A DNA stretch of 58,171 bases, counting the filler, from Circinaria calcarea (taxonomy: Eukaryota), in assembly GCA_051942165.1 (NCBI GenBank). It is 4 parts of 4 records of this genome, joined end to end, with 100 filler letters (N's around TTAATTAATTAA, not from the genome) between each part and the next. Parts side by side here need not be neighbours in the genome. Positions count along the whole stretch, not along the records: positions 1 to 14,478 come from JAVECS010000426.1; 3 more parts are not named here. The stretch is one strand, 5' to 3'. The position numbers and the translations under genes are program-made. The notes under the pieces were generated by a model, which did not search any database, had not been told where the DNA came from, and was given only the letters and a program-made list of their open reading frames with translations. Each line of letters begins with the position of its first letter. Position 1 is the stretch's first letter. Below, piece after piece: positions 1 to 11,270 of the stretch.

Positions 1-1500
1 GTTGTACCACCTAAAGGCGCCAACATTGTCACAAGCAAGTGGGTACTCAAGCCTAAACTGCACATAGATGGCAAGCTTGATAAGCTGAAGGCAAGAGTTG
101 TGGCAAGAGGCTTCTCTCAGATGCATGGTATCGATTATGAAGATACGTTCGCCCCAACTGTTAGGTTCGCCACACTACGCACGTTCCTCGCCATCGTGGC
201 TATGGAGAACCTGGAATGCCATCAACTAGACGTGAACAATGCCTTCACCGAATCATTCCTAAAAGAGGTAATCTACATGGCAGCGCCACCTGGGGTCAAA
301 GTCGCACCGGGCAGAGTGCTACGGATCCTGCGCAGTTTGTATGGCTTGAAACAAGCAGCCAGAGACTGGAATGAACGTTGCACCGTGGAACTAATTAAGC
401 TCGGATTCGAACAAAGTCTTGCAGACCCGTGTCTATTCACCCATGCTGAAAAAGGGGTGACAGTTCTACTGTATGTGGACGATATACCGTTCGCCGCCAG
501 AACAATCGAGGGCATCAACTGGTTTAAAAATGCGTTCGCAAAGGTATTCAAGATCAAGGACCTGGGGGAGATTAAGAAGATCCTCAATATTCAAGTCACC
601 CGCGACCGCAAAAGGAGAACACTACGCCTGGATCAATCCCATTACCTTAGCGAAATGTTCACAAAGCTCGGCATACAGGCTGACAAGCATAAGCCCACTG
701 AGATTCCACTGAATGGATATGACGCCCTTCGCCCCACAGGACCCGATGATCAACGAATCGACCCTCGCGAGTATCAGCACATAATTGGAAAGCTCATGTA
801 CGCTATGATACATACACGTCCAGATATCGCCTTCGCTCTCAGTCGGCTCAGCCAATTCCTTGCTGATCCTGCCGAACACCACGGGCAAGCATTAAAAGGC
901 CTGCTCCGATATGTGCGATCAACAATCAGTTTAGGCATCACATACGGAAGCAGTGGGAGTCAAGGTCTCGTGGCGTACTCTGATTCTGACTATGCAATGG
1001 ATAAGCAAACCAGGCGATCGATCCTAGGTTATATTTATATGCTCGGGGGAGGACCAATTTCCTGGATCAGTCGAAAGCAGAAATCAGTGGCCACTTCTAC
1101 CAGCGAGGCCGAGTATATGGCTATGTCAACTTGCGCCAAAGAAGCTCTATGGATCACGCAGATTCTAATCGACATGAAGTTCAACGGGTATCTCGGCAGT
1201 AACCCATACCGCGTGAACATTCGAGAAGATGAGCGGCATCGAAAGAACTCGCCGGTCCTGCTACGAGGCGATAATCAATCCGCGCTCACTCTGGCGAAGG
1301 ATGCCCATATTCAAGAAAGGTCGAAGCATATCGACGTGGCCTATCATCACATCCGTGACCTGCATAGGAAGAACCAGATCAAAGTGGAATTCGTGCCCAG
1401 TCAAGAAATGATTGCAGACGGACTAACCAAGCCACTACCAAAGCAGAACTTCAAACGCTTTCTAAGTCAACTGGGACTCACAAGCAGTGGGAGTTCATAG
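1..1500 (+). mobile_element. Ty1/copia LTR retrotransposon pol, RT + RNase H part (5' truncated by window edge)
   Basis: Frame is open from base 1 (VVPPKGANIVTSKWVLKPK...KLKARVVARGF). RT motifs QLDVNNAF, SLYGLKQAAR and YVDD are followed by RNase H motifs AYSDSDYA, STSEAEY, GDNQSA, RSKHIDV and ADGLTKPL. RT-RNaseH at the C-terminus is the copia domain order. No internal stops. Confidence 0.97.
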
Positions 1501-1513
1501 TCGGAAGTGCGCC

Positions 1514-1702
1514 GAGTGGGAGAGTTGAAATACGGTGCATTCCTCCTTACTAGCGAGTTGCTATAGGCAACACCCAATAGGGAATAACGTAGTAATGGGC
1601 GAGTACACATCTCGCACACACAGCGTAGCTAGTTAAATAACCTTCAATGCAATAGTGGTTCCACCAACAAGTCGTGCAGTAGCACTCACCGTACTACATT
1701 CA
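1514..1702 (+). mobile_element. Polypurine tract (1514-1524) and ~177-bp 3' LTR of the copia element
   Basis: GAGTGGGAGAG lies just after the pol stop. It is followed by TGAAAT(1526)...CATTCA(1702) with short inverted ends (TTGAA/TTCAA), then an abrupt switch to AT-rich DNA. Ends uncertain by ~3 bp. Confidence 0.75.
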
Positions 1703-1930
1703 ATTAATTAAAATATTAATACTAGTTTTTTATATATAATAAATTTTTTATAAAAATTTACCGAAATTTTTTAATTATAATTTTTTTCATTTATATACGC
1801 GTTATATTTTTTAATTTATATTTAGAATTAATATATAAATAACAGCTATCTACACGCGATTATAAATAAGCGAGTTAACGTGTTATTCGAATTCGCTTCC
1901 GGGTATTTAAAATTTATTTGCGGTTTTAAT
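1703..1930. repeat. Extremely AT-rich, TpA-rich tract, probable RIP-degraded DNA
   Basis: Almost only A/T with abundant TA dinucleotides, grading back to normal GC by ~1950. Confidence 0.6.
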
Positions 1931-1944
1931 ATTTGGGCTGATGA

Positions 1945-2682
1945 CCTACCACGTATCTCTATTCTAATGATAGGCGGGAAAGACGTTGTGTTAATTGGAG
2001 TGAAGTAGAATTTATAACTGTTAGGCAGAATTTCCAGCAGGCTCTCTATGTAATTTGTCCCTTGACCAGCCTCCTTATGGTCCGCCCTGAATCTGAGCGA
2101 AAGGGTAGCCCGCCTCTGCATGGCCCTACTGAATTACCGCCGCTGAAGCCTGGCGAATGGTCGCGTCTACTCATTTCACGAGAACGTGATCTCCAAGAGA
2201 GAATGGGGCGGATACTGATTGCGTTACGACGGAACAACTCAGGTCCAAATGTCCAGCATATATCTGAAGGATTGATATTGTACCTCGGGTCTCTTACAGC
2301 CCCCGCACCTGCTTTGCAGTGTGAAGATTGATTTCTATTTCCACCGACAGATATGCTTTCATCACACCCCTCGCAGAAAGGCTCCATAGATGGTCCACTG
2401 CCTGGTTTGCGTGTTATTGATATAGAGGCCTTTTTACAAGTTATTTCGAAGAATGCAAATGAAGAGCATAGCTTCTTGGCTCGAAACGGCGCGCCTCGGA
2501 CTGGAGGTATTGGCTTTCAAGTAGTTCAAAAGCTGGTGAGGGGAATCTCAAAGCCACTCGCGATTACTGGCCGTATGATAATCGGCGATAGGCAGTTCAT
2601 TGGGGTCGATGGATGGGATGGTGACTTGATGATTGGATCGGTCCCTGTCTTTGTTTGGTTCTGGCCTATAGACCTCTTTTAA
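1945..2682 (+). pseudogene. Degenerate reading frame of unknown family
   Basis: ORFs 2062-2331 and 2353-2682 share a frame and are separated by one TGA. The frame extends upstream (PTTYLYSNDRRERRCVNWSEVEF...) until stops accumulate in the AT-rich zone. Family not recognised. Confidence 0.3.
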
Positions 2683-2885
2683 TACGTATTTCAATATATT
2701 GGCAGCTGGTCCACAACGTGCGGCTTATTATCAACAAGCCCTATCCTTTTAATCGGACATTAATAAGCACATCGACATTTGAGGCTTATATTTTCATGAA
2801 AATGGGGCAACGGTCACGGCTCTAGCCAACAAGTAGTCCACTAGCCTCAACTTTCCGATACTGGTCACCTTTTTCCCTATCTCCC

Positions 2886-5489
2886 TCATCTCCCAACCAG
2901 AATATCCTTCGTGCTCCCCTCCTCCAGCCGTCTCGAAGTTTCCGCCCCCTCCATCCACTTGATGTCTATAAGTTGGTCTTTAGATATTTTCCGGCCGTCA
3001 TACCATACCTCAAATAAAATATTCGCCACCTCGATTATGACTCTAATCTCGTACCTAGCAACGAAGTAGGCTGTGCGCAGATAATGCCATTCGGGAACCT
3101 TTTCCAGATCCCGGAGTTTAAGGTGCGAAGTGTCAGACTTAATGGTGCATAGGATTTTGGCACCTGGAAAAATCAGGTTAGTTTAGTGGCTTTAGTGTCA
3201 GCATGCAGGAACGGATTGAATTAAGTGTAAAGGCAAAGAAGTAGATCCTGAAACGCCAAAAAAAAGGGGGGGGGGGGGTTGGAAAACTGTGTGTGTGGCT
3301 AGCCCCGCTTACCGTCTCCAAGGGCTTTAGGGAGATAGTCGACATCTTTCCACGAGATGACGACAGTACTTTTCCATTGACCGTTTTGTAGCTTATCGCT
3401 TGGGCTGATCTTGCGCATGAAGTTGTACGATTTGTGCGTGTTTTCAGACAATTGATCTCCCTTGGCGCTTGGTTAGCAAGCGATAAGAAGAACGGAGAGA
3501 TCACTTCAAAGAGTAAAAGAAAGAAATGAATAAGCCGAAAAATATAAAGAAAGTCCCAACTAACCAGAGGGACACAAATTTCAAATAAATAGAATAGAGG
3601 AATCTAATGTCACACACCTTTTTAACGAACCATTGTATAACATCAACAGCATACATTGCGTTGTCCAGTGGATCTCGCTCTATTTTCATCCCAGTGTGGA
3701 GCACTTCGTCGTAGGGGGTTTGATGGAGTACACCATAGCTCGCTGGACACGTGCGGCTTTTGAGGACCGCGGTCCCGTGCTCGCGTTTCTGCGCGTGGTT
3801 TATGACTAGGCCCTGCACAACTGCTGTTTGGCTAAAAACCCACACAATAAAATGTATCAGCTGGCAAATATTTACCCCTGAGGGGAATTTGATAAGGGTA
3901 ATGCATACGGATCGTCAGCGGTATGGATTTTGAGATTCTTGGCGTGTGGGTAGGCTTTGATATTGTTGACGTAGCGTTCAGTGAGTTTCTTTTTGACGTA
4001 AAGCGAGCTACCGAGTCCGCCCGAGAGGACGAGGTGGTTCTAATAGACGATGATCTTTATTATTTTGGGTGGCGCGAGTTGAGTGGCAGAAGGAACCTGT
4101 CACTTACGACTTCTTTTTTCGTTTTTTTCAGGTGGTTCATTTGATCGTCTATAATAGAGTAGATGTCGAATAGCTGTTCGTCGAATAAACCACTCATATC
4201 TGGACTATTTGACTTCTTATCAACGTGTGCATATTACAGTCAGTACTCTGATACCTACCGGGTGAACAGCATGTGTTTCTTCTCGATGAAAGCATCCGGG
4301 AAACTCTTCATACTTGGAAAGTCTGGGATCTTGACTTTGAATTTCTCATGTGTACCTTCAGTGGTGCCAAAGGCGCACTTGTAGTATTGGAAATCGCTGC
4401 GAGCCATTGCCGAAGCTGTCTTCACCGCCCAATCGGGGTCATCGTCGGCGATTGAGGGCTTGGCTTCTTCGACCTTCTTAAGTCGTTGAGTGACGATTTT
4501 AATGAAATTTTCGTCGATATTCACAGATCCAACAGGTTTTCCTATTGCGCAGAGGTTTAGGTTCGCGCGTCTCGGATGGACTGGCGCACAGTTCGAGCCA
4601 TACCACAATCGACACCGTACTGCTTCAACTGGGGTACTTTATCTGTTTGATCCACTACCTCTAGGAGAGCTGCATCCTATGGGTGTATGTGAGAAACTTT
4701 GCCAATAGCAGGTGGTAGACATTGGTGGACCCACTGTAGTGCCTCCTCCAGCATCACAGACAAGTATTATGTCCCCCGTCTATCACAAATTAGAGTCTGA
4801 CAGAAGAATTGTCAAAGTTAATGGAAGATGGACACACCCGGTACTTGAGTCCTTGGGAGTTGAGTGTGTGGATTGCCGCGGCCTCAGCTTCCGTGAGACC
4901 TATGTAAGCTTTGTGTTTTTTCATATTTGCCCCAAACCCTGCATTATGGATGCACTTCCTGTAGGTCTCGAATACATGCTGCGATTTCCAGGTTGTTGGT
5001 ATGCTGAAGACAAAGTCGACCTTGGAATTCCAATCTTCCTCATAGGGCCCCTGGGAGAAAGTCCGCTTGATATGGAGATGCAGCTTTTTCAGAAAATCAG
5101 TAAACCACTTCTTGACGTCCTCGTGCGACGGGTTGTCCTTGTTGCCGTCATCGAACACCTCCTCCAGATGCTGACGATCAAGCCAGAGTTTGAAGTACTG
5201 CTGACGTTGCGGATCTGAATGTTCCTCCTGGTCCAAGCGATCGCAAAGAAAGCCCCATGATTTGAGTTTTTTGCCGTCATATAATAAAGAGGTCGGCACT
5301 TTATTCTCGGTCTTATCGTCTTTACCGGGCCACTTTTGTATTAGCTTGGCTTTGTCGGGATCTGTCTTGTTGTTGATGAAGAATGCGACACCTTTAAAAA
5401 ATTAGCAATCCACCAATGGCAAAGGAAACATCTGCTATACCCGTATAGGTCATGCCAAGATCGACCCCAATAATTAAGTCTGCTGGCAT
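2886..5489 (-). CDS. Atypical fungal Hsp70-like / actin-fold ATPase (HSPA12-like), multi-exon
   Basis: Spliced translation contains MPADLIIGVDLGMTYTG^VAF, IQKWPG..ENKVPTSLLY, FVFSIPTTW, LTEAEAAA, CDAGGGTT, VGSVNIDENF and LVLSGGLGSSLYV. C-terminus ...YEIRVII...ILVGR* ends at 2886. Confidence 0.88.
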
Positions 5490-5928
5490 GGTGTAAAAGT
5501 TTGAGGTCTTAGTTGGGTGCAAGTTGACGTGATAAGGGAACTTAAATCACATTACCCTTTTATGATCTCCGATCAAGGCTCTGGACAAAGCCTTGGCAAT
5601 GACCCTGGTAGACCAGGCTGAGGCTTATGGCTTGCCTTCATGAGGCATTTTTTTTATAGCAAGCTTTCCAATAGTAAAGCGGCAGCAGAATGACGCGAGT
5701 ACCAGAGATCCCTGAGCTATGCCGCATCCGGCCGAATACCGCATTTTCCCTATATTCCATCTACTATTTTAAAAAATCATTATTCCATTAATATAGCCTT
5801 AATTAATTTAGTTTTTATAAATCTAAATATTTAATTACACCCGAATATACGGGCCACCGCCAGAAAATACGGCCTGGTCGAAAATATTCTAAAAAAATAT
5901 TAAAAAAATTAAATTATATCTCGTTAAG

Positions 5929-6291
5929 TGTAAGGGCGCTGCAATCCTTGGGGCTTATTAAGGAATATAATAAGTCCCGATTAATGATAACACGGTTATA
6001 TAGGGTGTAGTTGAACTATTGCCCTAGGCTTAATAATATGGAGTCTATTGAACACGGTCTATAAGCATGCTATTCTAAAGAGCGGGAATAGCCTGTTATA
6101 TATAACACCCTGCTCACCATGCTCACCCTGCTCATCTCCCTGAGCACCATGAGCACACTGAGCACCCTGCTCACCTTGCTCATCTCCCTGAGCACCATGA
6201 GCACACTGAGCACTTCGGTGGTGGAGGTTCTTCCGGCCCGCGGTCCTTCCCGACCGGGTCTAGTGCATGTCATGGCGGGCACGCCATAACA
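5929..6291 (-). mobile_element. Solo LTR (363 bp), probably gypsy-type, reverse orientation
   Basis: Reverse complement reads TGTTATGGCG...TATATA...GCGCCCTTACA. About 175 bp are near-identical to the LTR at 6378-6746. Contains a ~9-bp-periodic TGCTCA/TGAGCA array with a 48-bp duplication (~6120-6213). No exact TSD. Confidence 0.85.
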
Positions 6292-6321
6292 CAGGGGTGA
6301 AAATATTAATGTAAAAATTAT

Positions 6322-8741
6322 TTATTTTTCTTTTAAAATTTGATATTCTTTTTGAGACGGGTTTAATTCTAGCCAGCTGTTATGGCGCCACGCCATACCA
6401 GTTACGCTAAACCCCAGGAAGCCTACCGTCGGGACGGAGGAACCCGACACCGGTGCTCAGAGTGCTCAGGAGCACTTGGCACCAGAGCCATCTGAGCATA
6501 GCAGGCAGCATGCTCAGAGGGCTCAGGAGGATCAGGGGGTTGAGCCATCTGAGCCACCTGAGCAACTACAGTATATAGCAGGCTATTCCCGTTCACTTAG
6601 AATAGCATGCTTATAGACCGTGTTCAATAGACTCCATACTATTGAGCCTAGGGCAACAGTTCAACTACACTCTATGTAACCGTGCTATTACCAATCGAGA
6701 CTTAACATATTCCTCATTAGGCCTCAAGGATTGCAGCGCCCTTACACCAGCATTTAACTATTTTATAACACGCACGGCCTTCACATACTATACACCCTCA
6801 CATCGAATTAGGAGGCACTTTTTGCCTACGTTTATTTTAATTGGCATCAATTTCAGCAAGTGGTTCTCGTGAGGGTTTTGGCTGCCGCCATCGCTTAGCT
6901 TCACGGCATAACTGACAATAGCCTCTCTTCAATAGCTTTTTCCACATATGCTTGGGTTCTTTAGTAGTGTATTTGGTACCAAATACTTCTATAGATGCGC
7001 TTCGATACCTTCCAACAGCAGCAGGTTCGACTAATAGCTGTAAAGCAATAGCTATTTGAAAGTCTTTATGCTGAATAATAGATTCCGGATTAAGCAGCTT
7101 CCATAAATAGTATGCATTGTAGATACTAGCGTCGAATATGAATAGCATAAGAACCCACCAATAGCGAAGGCAGCGAATGCGCGGAGTGTAGTATTTCCGG
7201 ACCTGAGCGTTGCCGTCAGCACCTCCCATATGCCTATTGTAAAGGCGTGCCACTAGTGGTATTGGAAGGCCTTCTTCCTGCGTAGTGGGTGTAGGCCATG
7301 AATGAGCTGCAACAGAGGGGAACCGGAAGCTTTGTAATGCTGGCAGCCACGCCGTAGAGTCAGAAGGAATATTATGCCGTTTACGGGTTCCAATTAGCTC
7401 ATACTGCGTGAGCTGTTCGGCAGTATGAATAGTAGTCATAAGCTGCGTAACAGCTGAATCCTGCCATGCCATACAGAGAATTCCTTTCACGTCATGTTGC
7501 CTGATCCTCTCGGCCTCCTGATCTTCGCTCGAAAGTGTATCCATCCATGTCTTGTTTTGGATGCTGTTTGGCGTAGAACTGGCGACAAGTTTGGTTCTTT
7601 TAGTAGTTGGTTCAAGAATCTTCGAAGGCCCATTTACAGTAGTAAAAGCAGCCTTCCCCCAGTCATTTTTCTTGGTTAAATGATCACGAAATTCAAGCAA
7701 TTCCTTTGGAAATCCGGAGCCTATTTTAGCCGTTCCGCATGCTCCAATACCCATTCGATATAGTATGGAAAATAGCTTCGTGCTTGTGAAGAAATTATCT
7801 GTAAATACCGTATAGTGGCAAGCATTTGGCACGGCTGGCAATACTGGAAAGCGACGGCATAGCTGCACTATTATCGATTGGGAGTCGTTTAGGCCAGGGG
7901 TACGTTGTAAATGACTAATTTGAACCGCCTTAGACGTCCACATAAAGGAATATAAGTAGTTTTGATGACATAAGACGTAGATCTTAAAGCCTTTGCCGAC
8001 GACTTTATTTTTGATTTCCAACGTGTGTTTCGAGCGGACCCAGAAGCCAATTAGCTGTTCATCACATGCCACGTAGCTTCCAGGTATAAGGTATTTCCTA
8101 CTAGCGTTTTCGAAGGCAGTAGCAAGAGGTTCAATCTTTGCATACCACATAGGGCCGGAAGAATCAGCGTCCGTATCAGGATTAGATATTTTCAAATAAC
8201 GCTTGATTTGATGCCAACGCTCACACGTGATCGCCATTTGAATGTGTTTTATGACTCCGTAGCCGGCAGCAATCTTCCAGTAGTCGTTAGAACTAGGCAG
8301 GTGGGTGGTGTCCACAAGTAGTAAAGCGCCGAAAAATACTGCTATTTCTGGCCCATTCGTGTCATGCCATGGGCGTGTATGTGCAGGCATGAATTCAGCG
8401 TTATTTGTATCAGAATCCTCCTCTTTTTCACGCTTATTGCGTTTATTCAATGGCTGCTTATTGAACTGTTTCAGGAATGCATTTCGATTCGTGTTTTTAG
8501 CAATGATATCGAAATGCGTGGTGGTAATGAAGAGGCGGAAGAGCTCATAAGGGGTGTAAGCCTTGCCGATGTCTGGTAATGAGGCTTTCGCAGGGCGTTC
8601 ATACACAGTTAATGGCTTGTAGGTGGACGATGGAGGAGGCACGTTGCCTTTAAGGTCTTCGAAAGTCCTTTTCTTCTTATTTCTCTTTGGTGGCACGTCG
8701 TCCACACCAGGAACCTCTTGTTCGTCGATGTTTCTGGTCAT
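6322..8741 (-). mobile_element. piggyBac-superfamily transposase, C-terminus disrupted by two stops and an LTR insertion
   Basis: 634-aa ORF with DDD triad contexts YVACDEQL, VFTDNFFTS and YNRHMGGAD, plus RYWWVL. The Cys-rich tail (CQLC...GCIVCEGRAC..KCW) continues in frame through TAA 6837 and TGA 6798, and across the LTR to TAA at 6322. Confidence 0.9.
6378..6746 (+). mobile_element. Solo LTR (369 bp) with 5-bp target-site duplication CCAGC
   Basis: ccagc|TGTTATGGCG...GCGCCCTTACA|ccagc, with TSD copies at 6373-6377 and 6747-6751. TG...CA ends, a TATATA box and TGAGC/GCTCA repeats are present. Confidence 0.92.
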
Positions 8742-11270
8742 AGCAGTAGTAAATACGCATTAAATTGCAGCCAATGAGCCATAAATCGCATGAAGCAATA
8801 CAATAAGCAGCGCGAAAGCAGTGTATTGAATAGCTTTAATTATTAGGCATACATTCTGCGGTGATATGCACGCTAACCACCCCTCTAACCCCTCCCTACT
8901 AGTATAGCGTGCACGGTTCTGTACGCATGAGCAACAGTTTAAGGGATACTTTCTGAAAGGCGCTAAATATTGCAATCATCGGCGAAAATATCTCGGAAAC
9001 CAACAAGAAACATTAAGTCATTGGGCAGGGAGAGGGTTCCTAACGACGCAACGGTGAAGATGAATAGACAGGCCCTAGATAAGTTGATGGTGCGAACCAC
9101 CTACCCAAGCTCGAAAGGTCGGCGGATGACTCGATGGAGGCGCAATGGGTAGATATGCTGTACAAACGCTCCCCCAAAGCATCACCGACACATCGAGGCA
9201 AAGATGCTGTGCGGAACAGGAGCTACTGCACAGGCCATATGGATCCCTCACACTGAGAAAGTTGTTGTGTGTCAGCATTCCATTCGTCGACGAGTAAAAG
9301 ATCTCGCAGTTCAAACCTCGCGACAGGAACCAACTCGTCTTACGTCTTTCTCTTCCTCTACTCCATTGCCAGTCACCCATCCGTGTTCGATTGCTCCGCA
9401 CCGACCGTGAGACCACTGCGTTGTTGTTCTCGGCACAACGCACCCATCAACGGACAACCGCTCCCAAGAAGCGTTCGCCGCGGACACAACATGGGCCATT
9501 GGCGAATCAGGTCCCAAAGCCAGGTACCATTCATAGAGACTGCTGGAAGAAGAGTGGCCTGATGCCGCATGGATCGTGGCAATTCCATGAGCAACCAGCG
9601 TATAGGATCATGATCGAAAACCGAAGTGAATTGGAACGGAAACTACGCCGAATAAAATGGTTAGAACAGATAAAGCGATAGCAAAACCTACAGGGCCATG
9701 CAGAATAGGCCTAGGAATGCAAAAGTAATACGAACAAAGTGAACCGCGAAGAAGATGGAATTGGTCAGGGATGTGAAGTCAGTAAAGGACCAATCGGACA
9801 TAGCAAAAGGACGATCGAACAAAACCAACCTGACCTACATGCCATCTCAAACATCCAAATGCCATGCTGAACAAGGGATTGCTGAGGTATGAGAATCGAT
9901 CAGGACCATCACACTGAGTGGTTGGCTCGACCATGTCAGGCGAGCGGCCTAGGGGATATTTAGCCTAACCAACCGCTGGAATATGCGACTGATACCCAAA
10001 CTGATTAGAGACCACAATCTGGAACCTGTGGAACTCACATGATGTGGCCGACAAGAAAATCACAGCGCTGAAAAGAGACGACGCTCACCTCACAACGCCC
10101 GCAGTGTTCTGCGGATAACTAATCCCCCCTCAGATACGAACTCAGATCTGAGCTGACCGATGTGTAGAAAATTGAAGCCGACCGAGCGTCCCCTCCTCCT
10201 ATGACATGGTAGATTCAGCTCGACTCTGAGAATGCAAAACACATTCCAATCACTCCGGAATAACCCCGACCACAATATCCGCATTTGATGCAGCTCTTTA
10301 ACTGCTACGAACGCAATGCCAATACATCCACTGAAGACGATGCATTGCGATGCCAAGAAAAACAAGAGGTGAGACAACTAGAACGACATCGAAAGAAATG
10401 ACGCAAGAGGGGAAGATGGAATACGCCCACTGGTTAAGTATCTGTCATGCCCCGCCAACATACCAGCGACTAACAGCATCAAAGGTTGAACAATGGGACA
10501 ATGGTTGAAGCAAATGAAGGGAAAGGTTGCCCTTTGAGGCCTCGCCGGCACAGAACCAGCATCTCACAATCAACCAAGACAAGCAACACAGTGTCAACTG
10601 TCAGCATACGGTGGAGAAGGTAGGGCGGTTTACTAACACCCAGAGTACCGACACGATTATCAACACCTATTTCGAAGAGCCACCAATCGCAACCGCAGCA
10701 AACAACAACCAGAAAGAAAGGCGGAACAAACGCACAATGATCGATATCAGGAATGGGTAATTCGGGACCCAGACAATTCTAAGGGAGGTTAGACCGAAGA
10801 AGAGAGCGCATGACAACACAATGTGGAAAGTGCACTAGTAGGAAGGCACTGCAACAGCCTCATCATTACTTCCTAATAGTACATAGGGGCATCTCCAGAT
10901 GGAAACAACGCCTTTTAGCTGTTCTGCCCACCCAAAATCCCGCCACCAGGAACACCATAACGCCATCCAAATCGCATGCCGGAATGCCACCGATACGACT
11001 GCCATACCCAGAACAGCAAATCAATCCACTGTCGCAGTTCCGCACGCTGCTACCTTATCGCACGGCCCCCAACACGGCCCAACCCACTCGGGAAGCATTA
11101 GTTGAACTGCAAGGGCGTGGACATTGGATTGTGGGCCTTAACACACCTTGATTCCAGGTACGTCGCCGCTTCCCTTTCCACCGCCAGCCTTTCTCCAATA
11201 CCCCATTTGGCCGCCACCTAACTTCCTTCCGTCGCAGCGCTCCCCTCAACTACCGCTGCTCCTTCCCCAA

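Noticed and set aside
6105..6215. CRISPR-like array or coding repeat (ORF 6070-6282)
   Set aside because: Eukaryotic LTR U3 tandem motif with no unique spacers; the ORF is a by-product of the repeat.
5929..6746. A single MITE/foldback element with 175-bp TIRs
   Set aside because: The right half has its own TSD and TG..CA ends, and the spacer is in-frame piggyBac sequence. Two solo LTRs explain it better.
5830..8945. piggyBac TIRs at TTAA sites near 5910 and 8940
   Set aside because: Only a weak, mutation-obscured match; no convincing inverted pair could be read.
9391..9681. Dynamin GED-like tail (NRSELERKLRRI)
   Set aside because: On the opposite strand to the GTPase relic, and only a generic coiled-coil resemblance.
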